A stretch of 64,000 nt of DNA, from the IMG/VR virus record IMGVR_UViG_3300031994_005371; one strand, written 5' to 3'. A program made the translations under genes and the position numbers. Positions within the stretch are counted from its first letter, which is position 1. Every line of letters starts with the position of its first letter. The notes below the pieces were generated by a model. It was given only the letters and a program-made list of their open reading frames with translations. It had not been told where the DNA came from and made no database searches. Origin of the DNA: an uncultured virus (IMG/VR IMGVR_UViG_3300031994_005371) (taxonomy: Duplodnaviria > Heunggongvirae > Uroviricota > Caudoviricetes). This document shows positions 56,934-64,000 of this stretch, one piece after another.

Positions 56934-57852
56934 TGGGCTTAAAACTTACTGAACCTTTGACTTGGATTTCCTTTGCGACCTTTGCAAAGACAGCCGGAAA
57001 TTGCTCCTTCAGCTTTGCGGTGTCGCATCTTACCTGCGTGCTTGCGGCCCGGCGCTTGAATACGCCGCCCTCGGCCTGCAGTTCTGTGAGATTGTGCTCC
57101 TCCATGTAGGCGAGCACTTTTGCATCGTTGGCTTTCATAGCCCCCTCAATCTGCTTTATCTGGGCTTTGAGGATTGCTATCTTTCGTGCGTTGGAAACAT
57201 AGACGGAAAGCTCACCGGCAGGGATTGCGACCTCAACGCCGGGCTTCTCGTTTTCGTCCATGTAAATAAGGCCCTTTTTCTCGGCTTCTAAAAGACTTTC
57301 TACCTCGGCTTTGGTAACTGGCTCAACCGGGATAAAATCTTTGATTTTACGGGCCTTTTTGTCAATCCAAAGACAGTGACAGGATTCCACTTCGTAACCC
57401 GGATTCAGCCGCTCAAAAAGATACTTGTAGATTCCGAGCTGCCACTCCAAAGGGCGGCGGTGGTATTTCTGCGTTGTCTTGAAGTCAACCAGCTTTACCT
57501 TTTTCTTTGTGGAGCCTTCGTAAACCCCGTCGATTGCCGAGGCCACGGTTTCGTAGTCCGTCACTTGGTATTCGCTGGCGATGAATTTCAGTCCGAGTTT
57601 CTTGTAGTCCGAAATGAGGTCGCTTGCGAGTACCGAAATGCCGTTTTCGTAGTCTTGGATTTCTTGGTGGATTGCCGTGCCTTCTTCTGCGGCCTTCCGT
57701 AGCGTAGCCTCCGGGATTCCGGAGTAGTCGGGTGCAAGCCCGTGCTTTTTCATCAGGCTTGTTACACCCATGAGGAGCGTTTCGCCGTCCAGCACATAGC
57801 TGTGCGAGGTCGGCTCAAAAAACACTCGTTTAGTTGTGTCCGTTAGCTGCAT
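56923..57852 (-). CDS. PD-(D/E)xK exonuclease (recombination)
   Basis: GTAIH, E..V, ASAIDG, VDFKT, WQLGIY. Confidence 0.8.
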   Translation of the reverse strand: MQLTDTTKRVFFEPTSHSYVLDGETLLMGVTSLMKKHGLAPDYSGIPEATLRKAAEEGTAIHQEIQDYENGISVLASDLISDYKKLGLKFIASEYQVTDYETVASAIDGVYEGSTKKKVKLVDFKTTQKYHRRPLEWQLGIYKYLFERLNPGYEVESCHCLWIDKKARKIKDFIPVEPVTKAEVESLLEAEKKGLIYMDENEKPGVEVAIPAGELSVYVSNARKIAILKAQIKQIEGAMKANDAKVLAYMEEHNLTELQAEGGVFKRRAASTQVRCDTAKLKEQFPAVFAKVAKEIQVKGSVSFKPNED

Positions 57853-58426
57853 CGTTAAGCTCCTTCATGTGTTTGTTGTAAGCCTTGATAAAGTCCTTGT
57901 CTTTGCCAATGGCAAATTGTGAGTAGTACTGCCATGCGGCCTGCATATCTTGGGCGGTTTTAAGGCCGTTGATATAGGCGATAGCGTTTTGGACGGTCAT
58001 TTCCTGCTCTGGTGTTTTCGGTGCGTCCACGTCGTCCTTGTCGGTCTGAATGTGGAAGTACTTTAAGAGGAAATAACGCTCGCCGTAGGTCAGCGCGGAG
58101 CCGTAGCCCTTATCAAATCCATTCATGCCGGAGGAGGCCCATAAGCACTCTTGCTTTTCGCCGGTGTCCGTGTCAATCCATGTAAATTTGATTTTGAGGG
58201 CGCAGAACATTTCGGATTTCTGCCCTGACTTAACGGCGTAGTCTTGCCGTGTGAAACTTGCCTCCAGCACCTCCGGCACGAGGATTAGGCCGAGCTCGTC
58301 CATTTTGGGGCGCACGATTGAGAGGATTTTGTTGCCAGAAACATACGCCCCGGCGTTCCCCTGCGCGTCCTTCAAAAGTCCCGTTACGGCCTTCTGGAGT
58401 TCAAGGAGTTTTTTGTGTAGTGCCAT
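57830..58426 (-). CDS. ERF-family single-strand annealing protein
   Basis: DKGYGSALTYGERYFL..F.I...DD.D. Confidence 0.88.
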   Translation of the reverse strand: MALHKKLLELQKAVTGLLKDAQGNAGAYVSGNKILSIVRPKMDELGLILVPEVLEASFTRQDYAVKSGQKSEMFCALKIKFTWIDTDTGEKQECLWASSGMNGFDKGYGSALTYGERYFLLKYFHIQTDKDDVDAPKTPEQEMTVQNAIAYINGLKTAQDMQAAWQYYSQFAIGKDKDFIKAYNKHMKELNDAANGHN

Positions 58427-58429
58427 ATT

Positions 58430-59156
58430 TTAGAATAATGATAGTTGCGTGTTTTCTTGTGGCTTCCCCAAAACGAAATCGCAGATAAAGTTCCTGGCGT
58501 AGTCCGGGGAAATCATCGAGCGCTCTTGATTGCAGAGTCCCGGCTGGCGATTCGGCTCTATTTGACAAATGTTCTTGCCTTTTGCCGTTGGTTGGGCCGT
58601 TACTTGGCTCGTCGGCTCGCAGTTCACAAACCAATATGCCGTCGGCTTCACAAAGTGGTCGCCACGGAGAAGCCGGTTTGCATCAATGACTGACGGATTG
58701 GCCGGGAAGTTTTGTTTGAGGAATGTTTGTTCGCTCCAGGGATTTTCTATAATCATGCGGAGCCCGCGAATTTTGGCGATACCCCAAAGACGGACGGCGC
58801 GGCCAAAGAAAAGCTCTCGATTACCGGCCCTTTCCAAAATCGCGTCTATCCGTTGCTTGGGCGTGTAATTCTTGTAGTTCCGGTGCGTATAGCTAATCAG
58901 CATTTGCGACATGCAGGAAAAGTATATGCACGGGAAGAAGGCCACAATCAAATCATCGGGCGTAACCGAATCGAATATTGACATACCCCCCCCCATACGC
59001 TTTTTCGATTTCCGCGAAAAGGTCTATAACGTGGTCCGTCTGGCCGAAATTGTTTTGTATATCGTAATCTTCGGCTGGAATACCCAATTTTATAAACTCG
59101 TTCTTGAATGTGCCGGATTGCTCGAAGAAGCAATGTACTTTTCCGTTAATCTCCAT
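58430..59156 (-). pseudogene. Cytosine-methyltransferase-like gene split at a G9 tract (58986-58994)
   Basis: CFFEQSG N-half and AFFPC, IENP, KPT, RS C-half; G8 restores one frame. Confidence 0.65.
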
Positions 59157-59422
59157 TACAACTCCTCCCCTTCCGTACAATAAACCGCGTCGCCGACTAT
59201 ATCTGCGTAGCCGAACTGATGCACCAGCTCGCTCGCCTTGCGGTTGTGTTGTAAATCCAGCAAGCGCCCGTCCTCGTTAACCACAAGCACATGGCCCTTA
59301 CCCACCCTGAACTGCGCCACGAAGCCGCCAACATAATCCTGGAGCTCGCGGAGCGTGAATTTCTTTTTATTTTTCGGGGCGATATAGATTTTCTCCCCGG
59401 TGGTCTTATAAAGTGTAGCCAT
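59156..59422 (-). CDS. DUF3846-like protein
   Basis: FTLRELQDYVGG..VVNEDG..N..AS..IVGD. Confidence 0.75.
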   Translation of the reverse strand: MATLYKTTGEKIYIAPKNKKKFTLRELQDYVGGFVAQFRVGKGHVLVVNEDGRLLDLQHNRKASELVHQFGYADIVGDAVYCTEGEEL

Positions 59423-59580
59423 TATAGTAATCCTGCTTGGTATTCTTCTCTGTGATAACCGTCCACGGCGATACGGTGGAGGATTTGTCGGGCCTCCTCC
59501 GTATCCGCCTCGTCCGGCTCAATCTCGGCCCAATACTGATTGCGGGCCTTCTCAATGAGGGCTTTATCTCTTTCCGTCAT
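59422..59580 (-). CDS. Hypothetical protein
   Basis: MTERDKALIEKAR; coupled. Confidence 0.6.
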   Translation of the reverse strand: MTERDKALIEKARNQYWAEIEPDEADTEEARQILHRIAVDGYHREEYQAGLL

Positions 59581-59857
59581 TTGCCATTTCTTCAAGGGCC
59601 TCCATATTGCGAGCCCAATAACCGGCCACAAAGAAAGCCTCCCATAGTTTGACAAAATCACTAAATATCTCGCTGGGCATAGGACTGTAAAGCATGCAAA
59701 AGAGCTCAACAATCGGCAACGGAACGGACTTTCGCCACGCTTCCAACGTGGGTATCTTCGCCTTGTCGAAAAGCTCGGCAATGTGATTCGTGGCCTCGTC
59801 GCTCATTAAGTTGGCCGCGTTAGCCTTCTTCATGGCTTCTTCAATGAATTTCTCCAT
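59564..59857 (-). CDS. Hypothetical protein
   Basis: Variant start motif. Confidence 0.65.
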   Translation of the reverse strand: MEKFIEEAMKKANAANLMSDEATNHIAELFDKAKIPTLEAWRKSVPLPIVELFCMLYSPMPSEIFSDFVKLWEAFFVAGYWARNMEALEEMANDGKR

Positions 59858-59867
59858 ACTCAAAGAT

Positions 59868-60041
59868 TTATTTGGTTGAACATTTGTCAAGCCGATTCAG
59901 CGCCCAACCGCAGACCGCGACAACGGCCAGCCAGCCGAGCGTCCACGGGAGGCAAGTCCCTCCGTCTGCCGTTTCGCCACCGGCAAGGACCAGGGCGAAT
60001 AATAGAACAACGGCGATTAAAGATTTGGCAATTTTTCTCAT
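59868..60041 (-). CDS. Small two-TM membrane protein
   Basis: Two hydrophobic segments. Confidence 0.6.
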   Translation of the reverse strand: MRKIAKSLIAVVLLFALVLAGGETADGGTCLPWTLGWLAVVAVCGWALNRLDKCSTK

Positions 60042-60049
60042 ATCGGAAA

Positions 60050-60571
60050 TTATTTGGATTCCAATGGTGCGAAATCGTACCACCCACGGATTGAGCCTAT
60101 CTTCTGGCCGCGAGGGACTTTCTCAATACGGGGAGCCCGTTTCGTTTCCGGGGTGTAGTAGGCAATCAAATTCTCTTTATCGACAATGTAGCCGAGGCGT
60201 TCAAGGCGGTTTCGTTGGAAAAGCCTCGCCCTCGGCTCGCTGGTGTAGTGCCGCCCTTTTTGTGCGGGTAACATGCCCCACCGAATACGCATCTTGTCTA
60301 TATCGTATTGCTTTTTCAGTGTGGCCTCGCGCTTGGCGTAGGATTCAGGGGTGTTAATCCGTTTTCCGTACCCGCCCTTTATTGCAACCTCGCGGCACTG
60401 GCGCACGATAAACTCTTTTGACTTGCGCCAGCCGTGTTTCTCGGCCCGGCTTTTTATCGTCCACTTGGAAAGCCCCAAAGCCTCGGCAATCTCGGCGTTA
60501 GATTCGTTGGGGTAATGCTGGGCGATATAGTCAAGCTGCTCTTTGTTCAGGTGCTTGGATTTTGGTTTCAT
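60050..60571 (-). CDS. HTH-containing protein
   Basis: YIAQHYPNESNAEIAEALGLSKWTIKSRA; variant start motif. Confidence 0.7.
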   Translation of the reverse strand: MKPKSKHLNKEQLDYIAQHYPNESNAEIAEALGLSKWTIKSRAEKHGWRKSKEFIVRQCREVAIKGGYGKRINTPESYAKREATLKKQYDIDKMRIRWGMLPAQKGRHYTSEPRARLFQRNRLERLGYIVDKENLIAYYTPETKRAPRIEKVPRGQKIGSIRGWYDFAPLESK

Positions 60572-60654
60572 TCTCAAAGATTTGTAAAGCCTCCCCGCAT
60601 TTCGCAACGCAAGGGAGGCGGAGTGTTTTGTCATAAAGGCCCGCATTGGGGTTG

Positions 60655-60729
60655 TTGCTGGAGCCGGAGTCGAACCGGCAACCTTTGGAGTCAAAGTCCA
60701 ACGCTCTAAACCATTTGCGCTATCCAGCA
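60655..60729 (-). tRNA. tRNA-Gln(TTG)
   Basis: TTGGA-CTTTGAC-TCCAA; GCCGG-TTCGACT-CCGGC. Confidence 0.88.
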
Positions 60730-60790
60730 ATAGTGCCGGGGCTTGTATGCACCCCGACGGGTGTATTGAGAGAGTAATTAGAGGTGTTTG

Positions 60791-60872
60791 TGCCCGGGGA
60801 GGGACTCGAACCCTCACGCCGTATGGCAACGGCTCCTTAAACCGTTGTGTCTGCCAGTTTCACCACCCGGGC
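60791..60872 (-). tRNA. tRNA-Leu(AAG)
   Basis: ACGGT-TTAAGGA-GCCGT, long variable arm, A73. Confidence 0.85.
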
Positions 60873-60883
60873 AAAGTGATTTG

Positions 60884-60965
60884 TGGCCCCGGAGGGACTC
60901 GAACCCCCAATCCCGTAGGCGGCAAGGTTTGAGCTTGCCGTGTATTCCAATTCCACCACGGGGCC
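60884..60965 (-). tRNA. tRNA-Leu(CAA)
   Basis: GCAAG-CTCAAAC-CTTGC, variable arm, A73. Confidence 0.88.
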
Positions 60966-61037
60966 AAGTGCCGGTCTTTCCCGGCTGTCAAAGAAGTTTT
61001 TAGTGAATAGTAATGACTAATAGCGCATCACTGCGTT

Positions 61038-61122
61038 TGGAGGCGGTGACGGGACTCGAACCCGCGACCCCATGATACATGTGGTAGTTCTCATGCGCTC
61101 TACCTTCTGAAGCTACACCGCC
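61038..61122 (-). tRNA. tRNA-like gene with a 15-nt anticodon loop and encoded CCA; identity undetermined
   Basis: GGCGGTG/CACCGCC-T-CCA, normal D and T arms, CATGA-GAACTACCACATGTA-TCATG. Confidence 0.7.
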
Positions 61123-61602
61123 ACGTCCGAGTCTTTCCTCGGTGTCACCGATACCGCGAATTGCCTAATATGAGATTATGTCGCAACGGCTTTCTCCGGC
61201 TCGCGACGGGCAAATAGTTGTGCGGAGGCTTCCCGTCGGGCCATATTCGTGGTAACGCCCTCTACGTCCCGTTCGGTTTCGGGACCGACTTTCGTGCGAA
61301 CGCCTCCTCTTCACGGGTTGTCCCGGACGGCATATTCGGAACAACCTGCGCCCCTGGCGGGAAAATGAGAGCCCGGAGTATCGGTCAGGATAAACCGGGC
61401 TGGTTTTGGTTAGAGGAATATCCGTATCAATATTCTTATACGGGACTTGCACCCGCCCGCACGCCTTTTTCGTGCGTAAATAAAGAAATAGAAACGGTTA
61501 TGAGTGCGGGACGAAGCGCATAGGCCCCGCGTTGTACTAACTAACTAATATGGCTTCTTCTCGATTTGAAATTCTTTTGCGCTTCCGCCGCATCGCTGCG
61601 GG

Positions 61603-61839
61603 TTATTGTAGTTCAGAGAGAAGGATTCCCGTAACTCCTCCGCGGGTAACTTTCTTCAAGTACCCCTCGCGGATTTTCCGGGATATTGTCTGGCGCGTCT
61701 TGCCGGTGATTGTCGCGGCCTCGTTGATTGAAACAACACGGTCTTTCAGCTCGGCCTCCCGGAGGTCGTTGAACCGGCGAAGCTCATAGACGAGCCCCAT
61801 GATATTTTGATTCAGCTCCTCAATAATGTGGCTATCCAT
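61603..61839 (-). CDS. Excisionase-like HTH protein
   Basis: VSINEAATITGKTRQTISRKIREGYL. Confidence 0.75.
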   Translation of the reverse strand: MDSHIIEELNQNIMGLVYELRRFNDLREAELKDRVVSINEAATITGKTRQTISRKIREGYLKKVTRGGVTGILLSELQ

Positions 61840-62077
61840 TTGCTACCGTGATTGTCACCTTGCAGGCGTTGTTCTGGATTTTTTCAACGTGAAAATAATA
61901 TGCACGCTTTATTCCGTTTGCCTTGTTTCTGGAGTTTATATCATAGGCCATAGCCTTACAGGATTTCATGGCTTTTTCGGACGGGAAAAACAGCTCGTTC
62001 GCGCCCGGCTCCAGACAACACAAAAGCTCCGTCCACTTGTTATTGTGGATTAGTATTTGAATATCTGCTGCTGTCAT
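61832..62077 (-). CDS. Hypothetical protein, first gene of the leftward early operon
   Basis: Position opposite the repressor. Confidence 0.65.
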   Translation of the reverse strand: MTAADIQILIHNNKWTELLCCLEPGANELFFPSEKAMKSCKAMAYDINSRNKANGIKRAYYFHVEKIQNNACKVTITVANG

Positions 62078-62613
62078 TGGATTTTAATTAGAAAATGAGA
62101 ACCGGCAACAAGGAACCGCCCCTCGTCCCGGTTGTTCTATTCCCGCCCGCATCTATTTGTCGCCGACCTTGCCGACGCATGATAATCGAGTACTTTGCGT
62201 GCGTTAAATATTTATCCCTATCCGCTACCTTGTAGCTCGTAGTAGTTTTGTCGTTTCTTTCGCTGATTTGCTTCTATTATTTTCCGGGTATGCCTCGCGC
62301 CCTACATTTTGACTTCCCAAACATTTCTTGTCGTATTGCTTGGGTTTCGCCCCGAAGAAGGATTGGCTACCTCCAAAGGGATTTCTTTCGGACTCGGTTT
62401 CCCCGGCCACGCGATTATACGCAAGGCGCGGTAATTAAGCTGAAACACGCCTGCGTGCCCGTTTTTGGCCCGGGCCGGCCTTCAGATTTGTCAAATAACT
62501 CAAAGATTGATTGTAAAAAGTAGGTTACTTACTTTGAAAAGCCGAAGGAAATCCCTAAATTTGCCGTAGGAACTATTGTAGGAGGCCGATTTAGGGTTTC
62601 CCCGGACTTTGTA

Positions 62614-62652
62614 TATCAAAGAACTTACTTATTCAATCCGGGTACAAAGTTA
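62614..62652 (-). promoter_or_regulatory. Leftward early promoter with a boxA-like sequence
   Basis: TAACTTTGTA (62643-52), then AGTTCTTTGATA (62614-25). Confidence 0.6.
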
Positions 62653-62746
62653 GGAGAAAAAACCGAACTTCCAAAACTTTTTGGAGAAAATCGACAAAAT
62701 TTTTTGGAGAATATCGCAGCCGCCTGCTAAAACAAAACTTTGAGTT

Positions 62747-63085
62747 ATGGATAACAACGTGCAGAAACGGCTGCAGGAGGCCATAGATAGCCTCTGCAAC
62801 GGCAACAAGTCGGAATTTTGCCGACGCATCGGGAAAGACGTATCTTCCTTGAAAGACATTATCGGAGAGAAGCGCAGCGCCCCTGGGTACGGACTTTTGT
62901 TCGCAATCCTGTCCTCGGATTTGGGGATTTCTCCAAATTGGCTCATGCTTGGGGAAGGCCCCATGCTTTCGGATAAATCCCCTATCCCCGCTGGGAACGA
63001 CGTGCATCACAACAACGTAGTAATAATTGGAAATCTTGGCGACCTGAAAGAAGTTGTCGCCGAGGCTATCCGTGAAAACCGATAG
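62747..63085 (+). CDS. CI-like XRE repressor
   Basis: GNKSEFCRRIG...ISPNWLMLGEGPM. Confidence 0.85.
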   Translation: MDNNVQKRLQEAIDSLCNGNKSEFCRRIGKDVSSLKDIIGEKRSAPGYGLLFAILSSDLGISPNWLMLGEGPMLSDKSPIPAGNDVHHNNVVIIGNLGDLKEVVAEAIRENR

Positions 63086-63088
63086 GCC

Positions 63089-63403
63089 ATGACGGAGATT
63101 GAAAGAATAAACTATTTGATAGAGGTTTTCGCCTGCGGTAACGCAAAGCAGTTTGCCGACAAGTGCTCTATCCGTCCAGATTCTTTAAGCCGGGTGCGGA
63201 ACGGGAAGGGCTCCCCCTCTCACTTCTTCCCCCATATCCTCAAGGCCCTCCCCGACGTTCGCCGCGAATGGCTTTACAACGGCGAAGGCCGGGCGCTTCA
63301 TTCCGAGGCTCAAAAAGACATTTTAACGGCCAAAATAGACACTTTGACGGAAGAAGTAAGGAAACTATCGGAACTTGTGCAAAAGTGCCTGAAAACGCCT
63401 TAA
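63089..63403 (+). CDS. Second XRE-family regulator
   Basis: GNAKQFADKCSI...VRREWLYNGEG. Confidence 0.8.
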   Translation: MTEIERINYLIEVFACGNAKQFADKCSIRPDSLSRVRNGKGSPSHFFPHILKALPDVRREWLYNGEGRALHSEAQKDILTAKIDTLTEEVRKLSELVQKCLKTP

Positions 63404-63741
63404 ATCGTTCGTCTAACTTTTCGTCTATTTCGTCTTACATTATTGCTACATAATAAGACAAATTATTACATAATTTTACGTTTAACCATGACGAAACGAG
63501 TTGATAATCAGCGCTAAAATGCTCGCTATCAATCACTTTGGACGGCTCGCCAGTTTGCACTTTCCCAGCACCACATAATAAGCTGAAAATCAGTTAGTTA
63601 CAAATTTACGCACAACTTTTACGCATAATTGGCGAGAAGTTGTGCGTTTTTTGTGGCTTAAAAACAGCCGTGTTGCTCACCTGACGCTACGGGTCCATTC
63701 GAATGACATGGTATAAGCATTAGAGGCGTTTTTTAGCACAT

Positions 63742-64000
63742 CTATATCAGCCCCATATCCTTGACTGTTGAGGTAAGTTCGGCCGTGTTGGCAACATCAA
63801 ATTTCACAAGGAGCTTCTTGCGGTACCACTTCACGGTTTCCGGGCTGAGGCCCAGACAGTCGGCGATTTGCGGTGTGGTATAGCCTTTGGTAAGCAACTC
63901 AAGGATCTCTTTTTCACGCTCAGATACTTGCGGCAGTCTGTCGTCGGATGTCGGCTGTCCCATCTCTTGAATGGTTTCTTCCAGAACGGCCGACACTTCG
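63742..64000 (-). CDS. LuxR-family regulator C-terminus (probably host; truncated by the window)
   Basis: SEREKEILELLTKGYTTPQIADCLGLSPETVKWYRKKL. Confidence 0.88.
   Translation of the reverse strand, partial: EVSAVLEETIQEMGQPTSDDRLPQVSEREKEILELLTKGYTTPQIADCLGLSPETVKWYRKKLLVKFDVANTAELTSTVKDMGLI

Noticed and set aside
60572..61003. N-terminal extension of ORF 60050-60829 and nearby short ORFs
   Set aside because: They run through tRNA genes; a better start with the motif is at 60571

Overview
Almost the whole window (about 1-63.6 kb) is one temperate, long-tailed (siphovirus-type) prophage. TAnnTTTG promoters and the gene families point to a Bacteroidota host, and a probable host LuxR gene follows at the right end. 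Order from left: tyrosine recombinase plus a leftward array of about 15 accessory genes (incl. AAA+ ATPase/partner); terS-like gene, putative origin, SF3 helicase, dUTPase; inverted terL-portal block; head/tail genes; a complete diversity-generating retroelement (DGR); lysis genes; a leftward replication/recombination/methylase arm with tRNAs; immunity region. Main observations: (1) a ~60-nt sRNA gene (14569-14631, minus) with its own promoter and terminator, whose unpaired 15-nt core is the exact antisense of a motif overlapping the start codon of 10 phage genes (about 9 more near-matches), suggesting an sRNA-controlled regulon; (2) the genes of the left array are separated by a repeated hairpin (UGAUAC/UGACC loop) plus that start motif; (3) the DGR has two targets, the adjacent tail-associated gene and a remote opposite-strand gene, sharing a covarying hairpin, and the template carries an apparent mutagenesis scar; (4) a ~300-nt closed RNA structure containing a tRNA-Thr and hexamer tracts; (5) a rare tRNA-Leu(AAG), a tRNA with an enlarged anticodon arm, and several G-tract frameshifts. 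All calls were made by eye; no database searches were run.
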